Of a DNA stretch of 64,000 nucleotides, positions 40,052-49,873 are shown piece by piece (position 1 is the stretch's first letter; each line of letters begins with the position of its first letter). Position numbers and translations under genes: made by a program. The stretch is from Candidatus Latescibacterota bacterium (GTDB lineage Bacteria > Latescibacterota > UBA2968 > UBA8231). Under the pieces are notes generated by a model. That model did no database searches. It was not told the DNA's origin and saw only the letters and a list, made by a program, of their open reading frames with translations. The stretch lies in contig CBDAOB010000005.1 of the NCBI GenBank assembly GCA_965197905.1, positions 2,368,001 to 2,432,000 on the forward strand, in the 5' to 3' direction.

Positions 40052-43000
40052 TTACGCGACGAGTTCGGGTTCTGCGTTGGATACTCCGACGCTCTCCATC
40101 ACGCCAGACTCGTACTCTTGGCGCAGCTCTCGCTCGAAGTCCGCCAACTGCTCCTCGACCTGGCTCCGGGTGTCGAGCTTGCGCACCAGGTCTTCCCGGT
40201 AACGGCGCAAGAAATAGTCGATCGTCTCAACCCTGATCCTGATCGACCCCGTCGGTCTGTTCTCGTCTACATCCTTGAAACAGAAATAAGGTGTCCCGGA
40301 ATTCTGCACGGTTTCTTCCACCACCGTGTAGATGGGAGCATCGTGACCGCATTTGAAGCTGGAAAGCTCCAGAGCGACCAAGTTCGGGTGTCGGGCAGTA
40401 AACTTCGCTGCCCACACCTTGCGGTTCGTATTCTCGCTGTAGGAGTTCTTCCACGCGTCGGCGATATCCAGCGGATGGTTGATCACCCCTTCCTCAACGT
40501 CCTCTCCGAACAGGCGCTGGAGGATGTCATCGTCGATGGGAAGGCTGTCCTGGGTCAACACCGGATAACCCAGCTTCTGGAACTCTGCCAGGATTTCGTG
40601 GCATGCCCCCGGGTCGTTGTGGTACGGGCGGGCCAGCAGCACGATGCCGATTCGTTTCTCCGATTCCAGTTGTTCGAGAATCTCGCGACCTTGACGGCGC
40701 TGGTCGGCGTTGTAGCGATCCAACGCTGCGTAACCTTCCTCTATGGCGCGCTCGTTTTCCTTCCTGGACACACCGAGAACGTGTTCAAATTGCTCGAACA
40801 TCTGACGTTCCAGCAATTGCGGCTCGCTCGGATTCACGAACGTGTCTATGAACTGGATACCCATCTCGGCGAAAAGGTCACCCTCTTTCGTGAAGGCCGC
40901 CTTCACTGCTGCCGGCGTCGTGGCAACGGTGGGACAGGCGCGACAATCCTGCGTACCTTTCAGATCAGTCGGCAGGCAGTCAATCATGGGGAAGAAGATG
41001 GCATCCAACGCCGATTTCTTGTGATGGGTGTGTATCAGATTGTGGACGTGCGGGATGCAGAGCTTCGACGGAAAACACGGATCCACCGAACCCCGCTTGG
41101 CTCCTTCCTTGTACATCTCCTCGGAGGTGAAGTCCGAATAGACGAGGTTCCTTCCCTTGACCCCGAGGCTCTCGAAATACGCGCTGAACAGCGGGTTTAA
41201 CGAATACATGTTGAGCACTTTGGGGATCCCGATGCGGATGCTCTCCCGATTTTTCATCTGTTCCACGCGCCGCTTTTGCGTTTTGTTGAGACTAAGCCGT
41301 GGCAATGGGTCGGCCACCTCCGCCGGTTTCATCGACCGAAAGACATCGGTGGCAGCCACCTCCTGAAGGTTCGGGTAGGAGCCCCGATTCTCGTCCATGC
41401 CTTTCTTGATCACCTTCATCGCTTCCACATCCTCCACCAGGCCCCGTTCGCATGAATTGCCGACAATGAGCCGCTTCGTCCCGTCTTCGATCGGAATCTT
41501 GGATTTTCGCGGCGGCTCGACGGCCTCGCTCGCGGATTTTACCTTCACGTCGATGAAGGAGCGCAGACATTTATTCTTGCAGAAGAAACATCTCGTATCC
41601 TCGCTGCGATGCGTCGTGTAGCCGATCTTGCTGACCTCATCCAGGCCGATGAAGGTTGACTCCCGCCCGTTCTCCCAGAGACGGACCGCCTCGATAGCGG
41701 CGCCAATCGCGCCGGATTCGCCGCAGTGTTCGTGAACGATGATCTTCGGTTCCACGTCCTTGGAGTTGAAGCGCGACTCAATGAAATCGACCTGTGACTT
41801 CACGGCGGCCATGTTCTTCTGGGTGCCACCTTGAAGCACGAAATTGGTGCCCAACGCCGCCAGGTTGGGGATCTGCGCCACGTAGAGCCAGATGTTTTTG
41901 GGCAATACGGCGGCGAGCCCCGCCATAATCTCTTCCGCTTTCCAACCCTGTCGCTGGAAATCGACGATATCCGACTGCATGAATACGGCGCAACCATAAC
42001 CGAAGATCGGCATCGTTTCGGCGGTAAACGCGGTATCGGCGTACTCTTCAACCGGAATACCGAATCCGCTCGCCGTCGATTGGAGGAAATAGCCGTTGCC
42101 GGCGGAACATTGGGTGTTGAGCTTGAAATCTTTAACCTGGCGATTCTTCAGGACGATGATTTTGATGTCCTGTCCTCCCACATCGCAAATAACATCGACG
42201 TCTTCGTAGAATTGCAGTGCCGATTCGGTGTGAGCCACCGTTTCCACCAGCGCAACGTCCGCGCTGAGCACGTCCCCAAGGATGTCCTTGGCGTAACCCG
42301 TAGTCCCGACGCCCGCCACTTCTAGCACGGCACCTGGTCCTTCCACCTGCTGTCGCAGTAGGTCGAGGACTTCCATCGTGTCTTCGATCGGATTGCCCTT
42401 GGAAAGCTGATATGTCTTCACAAGGACGTTCCGGTTTTCGTCGAGTAGCACCGCTTTCGTAGAGGTGGATCCACCGTCAAGACCGATAAAACCTTTTACC
42501 ACCTGACCCGGTTCAAAGGTGGCGGGGATGAACTTCTTCTCCTTGAACCGCTCTTTGAATTCCTCGAGCTCATCGGTCGACTTACTAAGGCCACTGCCTC
42601 CGGCCTTGGCCTTGTCCTCCAGGCGGCCGAACTCGATGTAATGTTCCAGTGCTTCGGTACCCTGGTACACGCCGACGTCGGCGTCTTCCTGCTTGCCGAA
42701 CTCGACGGCTCCGATCGCAGCAAAGTACTGAGCGTTGTCGGGCACCTTTATGAGTTCCTTGGGATCGACGCCCGCAGGCAGCGGATATTCTCGTTCCTCC
42801 CAAATCTTTGGAATGTTGTGCTTCCACGCTTCGACCATACCACGGATGTAGGTGTTGGGACCACCAAGTAGCAAGACATGCGGGCGCAGTGTATTACCCC
42901 GTGTCAGCACAGAAAGGTTTTGGCCGACGATAGCCTCGAAGAGAGAGGCCATTAGCTGGTCTGTAGGCACACCCATTTTTTGAAGCGAATTGACGTCCGT

Positions 43001-43546
43001 CTCGGCGAAAACACCGCACTTTCCTGCCACGGGATGCAGCTTTACGTCGTAGTACCCCTGGTCGCACAGCTCTTCGGCAGGAATACGTAGTTTAGCGTTG
43101 ATCTTGTCGATGACGGCACCGGTGCCGCCGGCACATTTGTCGTTCATCGAAGGGATTTTTTGTTTCTTGCCTGTCTCGGGGTCCTCCTTGAAGATGATGA
43201 TCTTGGCGTCCTGCCCTCCGAGCTCGATCACCGACCCCGCCTCTGGATACAGCTTTTCCACGGCGAGCGAAACGGCATTCACCTCCTGGACGAACTTTGC
43301 GCCCAGATGGGGCACGAGATTGTTGCCGCCACTGCCGGTTATGAAAATCCGGTAGTTACCCGCCGGCGCGCCGAGGGTTGCTTCGATCTCCTTCAGCAGC
43401 TCCAGCGTCTTTTCTGGTTGTCTGGTGTCGTGGCGCTGGTAGTCTCTCCAGACGATTTCGTCGGTTGCCGCATCCACCACGACGGCTTTTACTGTCGTGG
43501 AGCCGACGTCCATACCAATTTCCAGCTGCCTGGCTTTGCCGTTCAT
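40052..43546 (-). CDS. ATP-dependent [4Fe-4S] activase-reductase fusion (2x BadF/BadG/BcrA/BcrD ATPase + DUF2229-like), PlsA/Ger-like
   Basis: GMDVGSTTVK / ELGGQDAK / NDKCAGGTG / KCGVFAE; GLDGGSTSTK / DVGGQDIK / TQCSAGNG / GCAVFM; CFFCKNKC..GNSCERG; DPCFPSK, CRACP, SFKCGHDA. Confidence 0.85.
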   Translation of the reverse strand: MNGKARQLEIGMDVGSTTVKAVVVDAATDEIVWRDYQRHDTRQPEKTLELLKEIEATLGAPAGNYRIFITGSGGNNLVPHLGAKFVQEVNAVSLAVEKLYPEAGSVIELGGQDAKIIIFKEDPETGKKQKIPSMNDKCAGGTGAVIDKINAKLRIPAEELCDQGYYDVKLHPVAGKCGVFAETDVNSLQKMGVPTDQLMASLFEAIVGQNLSVLTRGNTLRPHVLLLGGPNTYIRGMVEAWKHNIPKIWEEREYPLPAGVDPKELIKVPDNAQYFAAIGAVEFGKQEDADVGVYQGTEALEHYIEFGRLEDKAKAGGSGLSKSTDELEEFKERFKEKKFIPATFEPGQVVKGFIGLDGGSTSTKAVLLDENRNVLVKTYQLSKGNPIEDTMEVLDLLRQQVEGPGAVLEVAGVGTTGYAKDILGDVLSADVALVETVAHTESALQFYEDVDVICDVGGQDIKIIVLKNRQVKDFKLNTQCSAGNGYFLQSTASGFGIPVEEYADTAFTAETMPIFGYGCAVFMQSDIVDFQRQGWKAEEIMAGLAAVLPKNIWLYVAQIPNLAALGTNFVLQGGTQKNMAAVKSQVDFIESRFNSKDVEPKIIVHEHCGESGAIGAAIEAVRLWENGRESTFIGLDEVSKIGYTTHRSEDTRCFFCKNKCLRSFIDVKVKSASEAVEPPRKSKIPIEDGTKRLIVGNSCERGLVEDVEAMKVIKKGMDENRGSYPNLQEVAATDVFRSMKPAEVADPLPRLSLNKTQKRRVEQMKNRESIRIGIPKVLNMYSLNPLFSAYFESLGVKGRNLVYSDFTSEEMYKEGAKRGSVDPCFPSKLCIPHVHNLIHTHHKKSALDAIFFPMIDCLPTDLKGTQDCRACPTVATTPAAVKAAFTKEGDLFAEMGIQFIDTFVNPSEPQLLERQMFEQFEHVLGVSRKENERAIEEGYAALDRYNADQRRQGREILEQLESEKRIGIVLLARPYHNDPGACHEILAEFQKLGYPVLTQDSLPIDDDILQRLFGEDVEEGVINHPLDIADAWKNSYSENTNRKVWAAKFTARHPNLVALELSSFKCGHDAPIYTVVEETVQNSGTPYFCFKDVDENRPTGSIRIRVETIDYFLRRYREDLVRKLDTRSQVEEQLADFERELRQEYESGVMESVGVSNAEPELVA

Positions 43547-43568
43547 CGCTCGCTCCGGATCGGTTGCT

Positions 43569-45416
43569 TCAATTCTGATTGATTACGACAAGCTCTTTGT
43601 TGAGATCGTCAATCTTGGTCGTCGCCGAAGAGGTTGCATCCGCTTCGGCCGCCGAGCTCCGCTCGCGACCCATTAGTTGTGCGATATGCGCCGCGAAGTT
43701 GGCTGCCGTCCCTATGTGTCCCTTGGTGTGAGGCACGACGTACAACCCCTCTTTGAGCTCGGGATGTTCCTCGACATACGCTTCGATTTCAGAGGTCGAT
43801 ATCCCCCACTCATCCAAGGTCCGGGCAAACTCCCCTTTGCACTTGGTCTTGGCTTCGCCAAGAGCCATCTGAACGCGACTGTGGGCATTGATTTCGCCCT
43901 CACCCGAGGTCTCGATTGGCAGGTAGATGATATCCTTAAAATTGTTGATCACCGCTGACTGCGCCCCGTCAGATTGGGTGCTGGGCATGCAACCAAATGG
44001 TTTGAGCCCCAGGACCATATGGGCGAGATCCTTATTGTGGTAGTAGATATTCTTCGCCACCTCCATGTATCCCTCTCCCCCGCCGGCCTTGGTGCTGTAA
44101 AAGGGATCCCCAAGGCGCTGCAGCTCGTACTGATTGCACAAATCGTGGGGGACGTCGGACAGCGCCGTCCGCAGCCGTCGCCACTCGCGGCTGAAAAGCT
44201 TCTCTACCACGGTAAGGAGGACGAGAGGGCGGTAGTCTTTATAGAGACGTTTTGCCTTAGCCCCGAACTGCCACCAGTCCAATTTCTCCCGTAGTTCGTC
44301 GAGCCCGGCTCTATCCTCCATCTTGCGTTTCGACTGGCGAATGACATAGGTCAACCAGGTTCCGATCGGTTCGACCATCACCTGAGCTCCCTCGCGCTGA
44401 AGGAACTCGAACATGTTGAAGTTGCCGTCCCCTTCGGTGGTCTGGGCCCAGAACTCTCCGGTGATCTTAACTATCGGCTTCGGGCGCGTCCGATCGACCT
44501 CCACCTCGTTAAAGCGCGCGCCTGCACGCTGCAGAGCCTGCACGTAGTCCTCACCGAGCAACTGGCGATAAAACTGACCAGCTAGCTTGGCTTTACCCTG
44601 GATGCTTGGAAACTTGGCCAGAAACCTGGCCAATCTGCCGTCGGGAGCGTAAACCGCCCCCTTCTTGAGAACCTCGCGCATCTCTTCTACGCAATCTTTC
44701 AAAACGCGATCGGTATCCCCTTCGTTCACCTCGTAGGGGCGCAACTGGTAGGCAACGTCATTGAGTTGGTCACCGATACAAAAAGCGTTCAACAAACCCA
44801 GGAAGAATTCGGGATTCAGCTCGAGCCCGGCTTCCAACTCGGATTGAGAAAGTCCACCCGTTTGCGAGAACAGCAGGACCCTGAATCCATCGAAACCCGA
44901 ATTGCGCAAAGCCAAGCGGTACTCAGCCTCGTACATACCGAAGCGACAGGGCCCGCAGGCGCCAGCGGTCAGGAACACGTAGTTGTCGATTATCTGCTCG
45001 CGGCTTTCACCATTTCTTTCCAACCCCTGGAGGTATTGAACAAGATTTCCGACGGTGAAATAGGTCGGATTGCACTGGCCGTTGTTGCCATATTCCTTCC
45101 CCAACTGGAAAGCCTCCACGTCGGCCGTAGGAATATTCATGGCCTTGTACCCTAACCCTTCGAGCACTCCGTGGATGAGGCGCTCGTGTTTCCAGGTCAA
45201 ACCACCGTAGAGAATGGTGGTGTGATGCCGCTGGTCTTTGGTGAAAAACCGTTCCTCAGGTTTGGCAAAGTGTTTCCGCTCTTCCTCTTCCAAACCTAGT
45301 TCGGCTTCCAACGAAGCGCGTTTTTCCGCCAGCTTTTCTTGGATCTGCTTTTCCACGCTGCCTGGGTTCGCTGTCGCCGGATTTGCGACATCCAATTTTT
45401 GTTCCATCAAGCTCAC
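43569..45416 (-). CDS. 2-hydroxyacyl-CoA dehydratase-like Fe-S subunit, PlsR-like
   Basis: GKEYGNNGQCNP, GACGPCRFGMY, ITGEFW, GGEG, KPFGCMP. GTG 45416 follows AGGAGGT. Confidence 0.8.
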   Translation of the reverse strand: MSLMEQKLDVANPATANPGSVEKQIQEKLAEKRASLEAELGLEEEERKHFAKPEERFFTKDQRHHTTILYGGLTWKHERLIHGVLEGLGYKAMNIPTADVEAFQLGKEYGNNGQCNPTYFTVGNLVQYLQGLERNGESREQIIDNYVFLTAGACGPCRFGMYEAEYRLALRNSGFDGFRVLLFSQTGGLSQSELEAGLELNPEFFLGLLNAFCIGDQLNDVAYQLRPYEVNEGDTDRVLKDCVEEMREVLKKGAVYAPDGRLARFLAKFPSIQGKAKLAGQFYRQLLGEDYVQALQRAGARFNEVEVDRTRPKPIVKITGEFWAQTTEGDGNFNMFEFLQREGAQVMVEPIGTWLTYVIRQSKRKMEDRAGLDELREKLDWWQFGAKAKRLYKDYRPLVLLTVVEKLFSREWRRLRTALSDVPHDLCNQYELQRLGDPFYSTKAGGGEGYMEVAKNIYYHNKDLAHMVLGLKPFGCMPSTQSDGAQSAVINNFKDIIYLPIETSGEGEINAHSRVQMALGEAKTKCKGEFARTLDEWGISTSEIEAYVEEHPELKEGLYVVPHTKGHIGTAANFAAHIAQLMGRERSSAAEADATSSATTKIDDLNKELVVINQN

Positions 45417-45479
45417 GAGATTACCTCCTAGAGGGTAGTACAAGGTGTGGTGCGATCGTTTTAGGCTCTCAAGACTTCA

Positions 45480-45499
45480 TAGACTGACATGTCAGTCTA
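45480..45499. promoter_or_regulatory. perfect 20-bp palindrome, probable TetR operator
   Basis: TAGACTGACATGTCAGTCTA between the TetR gene and the PlsR-like start. Confidence 0.7.
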
Positions 45500-45603
45500 A
45501 CAAGGTTTCGGTCAAAAAGCAATCGCTAACTTTCGCTAGCGTCAAGCAGATGTTTGAAATGAATTAGTGGAGCAGAAGGCCTGCCCGGATCAACCGGCAC
45601 GCC

Positions 45604-46242
45604 TTAGAAGATTCTCAGAGTAAGCAGGCCCTGCATTCCGAATTTGAATAATTCATCCAAAATTGCATCAATCCCGATCGAGCCGTCCTCATCCGTGGAA
45701 ATCAAGTATATGATCTCCTTGACTGAGCCGAGCACGCAGCGAGCCGCAATCTGCGGCTCGCAGTCCCGTACCAAACCTAGGCTCGTACCATGTTTGATAG
45801 CGGCTTCGATCCGCTCCAAGAGTATGTCGTAGAATTCGTCCAACTTCTGGTCAAAATCGGTGTCCAGGCCGCCGGCTCGATTGAGCAATATTTGAGTCTG
45901 GCCCTTGTCCTCGAGAGCCAGCTCGATCAGCGCACGAAGTATTCGCTTGAGCTGCTCGAGGGGTGGTGGTTCGCCCTCCTGCAGACTGATCGGCTGGATA
46001 ATCTGCTCTAGCCGTGCCAGAAGGTGATCTAGAATACTCTCGAAGACGTCGCGTTTGTTCTCGAAATACAGATAAAACGTACCCCTGGCGATGCCTGCCC
46101 TTTGAATGATGTCGGAAATCTTCGCCCGATGATACCCTTTCTCCGAAAACACCTCCTTGGCATGACGGAGCACGATCTCTTTGCGTTCTTCCTTTGTTAA
46201 CACCAACTCAATCCCCTGGAGAGCAGTCTCGCGTGTAGGCAC
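45604..46242 (-). CDS. TetR/AcrR family transcriptional regulator
   Basis: AKEVFSEKGYHRAKISDIIQRAGIARGTFYLYFENK. The true start may be GTG 46203. Confidence 0.92.
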   Translation of the reverse strand: MPTRETALQGIELVLTKEERKEIVLRHAKEVFSEKGYHRAKISDIIQRAGIARGTFYLYFENKRDVFESILDHLLARLEQIIQPISLQEGEPPPLEQLKRILRALIELALEDKGQTQILLNRAGGLDTDFDQKLDEFYDILLERIEAAIKHGTSLGLVRDCEPQIAARCVLGSVKEIIYLISTDEDGSIGIDAILDELFKFGMQGLLTLRIF

Positions 46243-46445
46243 CGGAGCCGAACGTAGAGTCAGCTCTACATCGGCTCGGGTTAGTCGAATTCAACTGATT
46301 CGATACTAATAAAGTAGGTACTAATATAACCATGAATCGCTGGAGCGTCGGCCAAATTGGACGCTAGCTCCGAAAACGGCCGCCCCACGATTCGAGAGCA
46401 GCGTCTCGCGGGGCCTCCGCGAACCATCAAATCGTACCTATATCG

Positions 46446-46474
46446 TTGCCCCAAATACACTTCCTCGCTATATT
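46446..46474 (+). promoter_or_regulatory. promoter of the head-group/export operon
   Basis: TTGCCC-N17-TATATT, the same hexamers as the ffh promoter. Confidence 0.5.
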
Positions 46475-46624
46475 TTCTACGCGAAAATTGACATCTCGGC
46501 GAAATTCCGCAGTTCGCTAATGGTGAACCATCCACTCCCGTCCAGAGATTTGGCAACAGCGTCGGGCGTCTCGTTGAGCCCCCGACGGCGCAGCAGTGTG
46601 CGCACACCCAACCGGGCTAGATAA

Positions 46625-47395
46625 TTGTTGAGACTTGCTGCTAAAGCAGTGATTCTGGTTGCAGGCAGAGGTCGTCGACTCCTGCCGCGTACGCAGTCGT
46701 GCCCGAAGTGCCTTCTTCCCATCGGCGAAAGTACGATTCTCGAGCATCAGTTACTGAACCTCTACAACGTGGGCTTCGAAGAGGTGGTCCTCGTGTGTGG
46801 GTTCGGAGCCGACAAGATCCGCCGGGCTGCCGCCGAGTTCGGCGGGGCCATGAATATCGAGATCGTCGTGAATGAACATTTTGCCGTCGGCGACAATCTG
46901 ATATCTCTGTGGGCTGCGCGTCACACCTTGGATGGCAGTTTCGTGTTGCTTAACGGCGACAACCTGTTCCACCCGAGTATCCTGGAAGGCCTGACCAGGT
47001 CGCAGGATCCCTGCTGTCTGATGATCAGTCGGAAAGACTGTTACGACGATGACGACATGAAAGTCCACATGGAGGGAAGTCGGATCGTGAGGATAGGCAA
47101 GGAACTCGATCCTCACACTACCGACGCCGAATCCATCGGAATAATGCGGTTTGCGTCCGACGCAGTTGATGAACTCAAGGAACGACTGGAAGGGATCATC
47201 TCAGGCGACCACGAAACCGACTGCTGCTATCTCACCGCGGTGCAAGCAATGATAAACACCGGTTACCCGGTCAACTTTCGCGATGCAGAAGACCTGCCCT
47301 GGGCAGATGTCGATACCTTTGAAGACTTGAGTTTTGCCAGGACGCACATGCCCATGTTTTCCCAGTCGACAAGGAACCGGCTCGAACCGGTATAG
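46625..47395 (+). CDS. NTP transferase, phosphocholine/inositol-phosphate cytidylyltransferase-like
   Basis: AVILVAGRGRRL..PKCL, DNLISLW, LLNGDNLF, YDDDDMKV, AESIG, WADVDTFEDL. Confidence 0.85.
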   Translation: MLRLAAKAVILVAGRGRRLLPRTQSCPKCLLPIGESTILEHQLLNLYNVGFEEVVLVCGFGADKIRRAAAEFGGAMNIEIVVNEHFAVGDNLISLWAARHTLDGSFVLLNGDNLFHPSILEGLTRSQDPCCLMISRKDCYDDDDMKVHMEGSRIVRIGKELDPHTTDAESIGIMRFASDAVDELKERLEGIISGDHETDCCYLTAVQAMINTGYPVNFRDAEDLPWADVDTFEDLSFARTHMPMFSQSTRNRLEPV

Positions 47396-47403
47396 GCTCG
47401 CCT

Positions 47404-48813
47404 ATGGTGAAGAAAGGCGTTCTCGTTTTCGAGAACACGGGAGCCGGGTTGAGAGCCATGAAACAGCGAGTCGCCGGCTTGACGCTTCTGGAGCGCGGCA
47501 TTCGGACGATGGCCAGGGCTGGCCTCCGATCGATCGTCGTGCTTTGTCCGTCAGGGGGACAGACCAAGCTCAGTCCGGTGACCCGAAAGTTGGAGATCGA
47601 GATCGATTTCGTTGCCTGGGAATCCCCTGAGGACGCCATGGATTCTTCGGAAGGTCATCTTCTCCTTTGGGGGGACCACGTGCACCATCACTCCTCGCTG
47701 TGCGAATTGATGGAAACGGAACTCGGTCCGCACGAGTTGATCGTCCATGCCGGACAAACGCACCAAGCTGTAAACCTGCCGGTCGGTTTGGACCAACTCC
47801 AGAGAGGGGCTGATACAGCTGCTGAAGACGGTTTGGCGAGCACCGGCGCTTTTCTTTGTGCAGCCGGGGTTCTCACTCCCGGCGCCATCTCATCCAGATG
47901 CTGCGACTTGGAAGCCCTCATTAGGCAGGGTATCGACGGGTTGCGATTCGAACTGCGCCGGTCGGAGCAGGAACTCTGGCGCCGGGTGGTCGATCGGTCG
48001 AGCAGTCGCAGCGCCAAGAACATGCTGTTCAGCCAAGTGACCAAATCTACGAGCGGGTTCGTATCGCGCAATATCAATGCCCGCATCTCTATCCCTACTA
48101 GCAAACTGCTGGTCGAGACCGGACTCTCTCCCCATGCAGTGACCGTCCTGTTCGTGCTCACGACCGGTTTGGCGGCAGCGTATTTTGTCACCTTGGCGGA
48201 AGATTACAAGATGCTGCTTCTTTCCGGTGTGTTGTGGCAGTTCGCCGCCATCTTCGATCGTTGCGACGGCGAGATTGCCAGAGTTCGCCTCTGCGAATCC
48301 AAATTTGGCGCCTGGTTCGATACCGTGACGGACAACATTGCTTATATCGCAGCCTATGTAGGACTACTGATCGGCGTACAGCGCCTCTACCCCGACCATC
48401 ACTACTACATGGGGCTGGGAGTTTCTGCCGTGATCGCCCTGTTCCTCTATCTTGGCGTGGCTTACAGGTACGCGCTAAAAACGGGCTCCGGGAGTTTGCA
48501 ACATTACTTGAGGGACTCTATCCAGAACGTGCCGGCGGACGAGAAGATTTTCGTTTACAAGATCATGGAGAGGTACGGATTTATCGCCAAGCGCGACTTC
48601 TTCTCATTCTTCTTTTTTATCACCGCCGCAACGAATATGATTCAAGCAACCTACTGGTTCGTGATCATTGGCCAACATCTCCTGGTGGTGGCGGTTCTCG
48701 TTTCGCAGCGGAAGGTCCATGAGACCTACCAGCGCAATCGCATTGCCAAAGACGACGGCGTTCCGGCTCTCGAGCCGGTGCCGATCACGCCCGGATCTGA
48801 GAAGGCGCGATGA
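47404..48813 (+). CDS. CDP-alcohol phosphotransferase with N-terminal degenerate nucleotidyltransferase-like domain
   Basis: VAGLTLLERGIR, GFVSRNINARIS, SPHAVT, intact DRCDGEIAR....SKFGAWFDTVTD. Confidence 0.88.
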   Translation: MVKKGVLVFENTGAGLRAMKQRVAGLTLLERGIRTMARAGLRSIVVLCPSGGQTKLSPVTRKLEIEIDFVAWESPEDAMDSSEGHLLLWGDHVHHHSSLCELMETELGPHELIVHAGQTHQAVNLPVGLDQLQRGADTAAEDGLASTGAFLCAAGVLTPGAISSRCCDLEALIRQGIDGLRFELRRSEQELWRRVVDRSSSRSAKNMLFSQVTKSTSGFVSRNINARISIPTSKLLVETGLSPHAVTVLFVLTTGLAAAYFVTLAEDYKMLLLSGVLWQFAAIFDRCDGEIARVRLCESKFGAWFDTVTDNIAYIAAYVGLLIGVQRLYPDHHYYMGLGVSAVIALFLYLGVAYRYALKTGSGSLQHYLRDSIQNVPADEKIFVYKIMERYGFIAKRDFFSFFFFITAATNMIQATYWFVIIGQHLLVVAVLVSQRKVHETYQRNRIAKDDGVPALEPVPITPGSEKAR

Positions 48814-49871
48814 AGTTTTTCAAGCTGGTCATGCCGGGCTTGGGGCTATTGTTCCTGGGGTATCTGATCGGCAAGCTCGGACCGGACGAAATTCTGCGCA
48901 ACTTCGTTCTCATGAAGTGGTCGTTTCCACTCGTCCTCCTTCTCGCCGGTTCCTGGCACGTAACCAATTCGTTGGCGTGGAGCTTCGCCTTTCCGCCAGG
49001 TGCGTTTCGTCCGCGCTTTCGGATGCTGATCATGGCAAAACTCGCCGGGGACGCGGTCAACCAGCTGACGCCGCTTGCCAACATCGGCGGCGAACCGCTC
49101 AAGGCGTACCTGCTCAAACACGAGTCTCCAACCTCCCGGGGGCTTGCATCCGTGGTGATCAACAAGACCGCCCAGATAATGACCGGGCTTCTATTCACCA
49201 CGGTTGGGCTCGGATTGGTCGTAATCCACAATCTTCAGGCGCCCTACGCAATTCCCCTTCCATTGCGTGTGGGCTTCGCGTTACTGCTGATGCTAGGCGC
49301 GGGCCTTATGTGGCTGTTCTTCATGAAACAGCAACACATGTTTTCTTCTTTGCTCAACCTCCTTCGACGGGTCGGAGTAAACACGCGACTTCTGGAAAGC
49401 AGAATGGCCAAAGCCGCTAATATTGACGACAACATCAAACGTTTCTACCGCGACTACAAAGGACGCTTCTTTCTGGTCCTGTTGTTCCACGCCATGGGTT
49501 GGCTGCTCGGCGCCTGCGAGACATTCGTCATCCTGAAAACCCTCGTTCCCAGCACCGGTTTTCAGGTCGCCTTTCTCATCACCGCTCTCACCGTCGTGAT
49601 CAACAGCCTGTTCTTCTTTATGCCGTCGAATATCGGCGTCCTCGAAGGTGGCCAGGTCTTCCTGTTCCTGACGCTCGGGCTTAGCCCGACGATGGGCCTT
49701 TCCCTGGGCATCGTGAAACGCATGCGCAAGATATTTTGGATTTTCCTCGGCTGGCTTTTCCTAACGCGCATGAGCCGGGGCGTGTTGGAGGCGAACATTC
49801 TGGAAAAAAGTCGCGCCTCGGCGGCATTTGATTCTGCTATGGAACAGAGCAATCGCTTGAATTATCCCTGA
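48810..49871 (+). CDS. lysylphosphatidylglycerol-synthase-TM / flippase-like membrane protein
   Basis: AGDAVNQLTPLANIGGEPLK, FMPSNIGVLEGG, KRMRKIFW; multiple TM helices. Confidence 0.82.
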   Translation: MKFFKLVMPGLGLLFLGYLIGKLGPDEILRNFVLMKWSFPLVLLLAGSWHVTNSLAWSFAFPPGAFRPRFRMLIMAKLAGDAVNQLTPLANIGGEPLKAYLLKHESPTSRGLASVVINKTAQIMTGLLFTTVGLGLVVIHNLQAPYAIPLPLRVGFALLLMLGAGLMWLFFMKQQHMFSSLLNLLRRVGVNTRLLESRMAKAANIDDNIKRFYRDYKGRFFLVLLFHAMGWLLGACETFVILKTLVPSTGFQVAFLITALTVVINSLFFFMPSNIGVLEGGQVFLFLTLGLSPTMGLSLGIVKRMRKIFWIFLGWLFLTRMSRGVLEANILEKSRASAAFDSAMEQSNRLNYP

Positions 49872-49873
49872 CG

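Noticed and set aside
40043..41200. 385-aa + strand ORF
   Set aside because: Antisense shadow of the PlsA-like gene.
46243..46280. Hairpin GAGCCGA..GTAGAG-tcag-CTCTAC..TCGGCTC upstream of TetR
   Set aside because: No U-tract and no upstream gene to terminate, and no second copy was seen, so no function can be supported.
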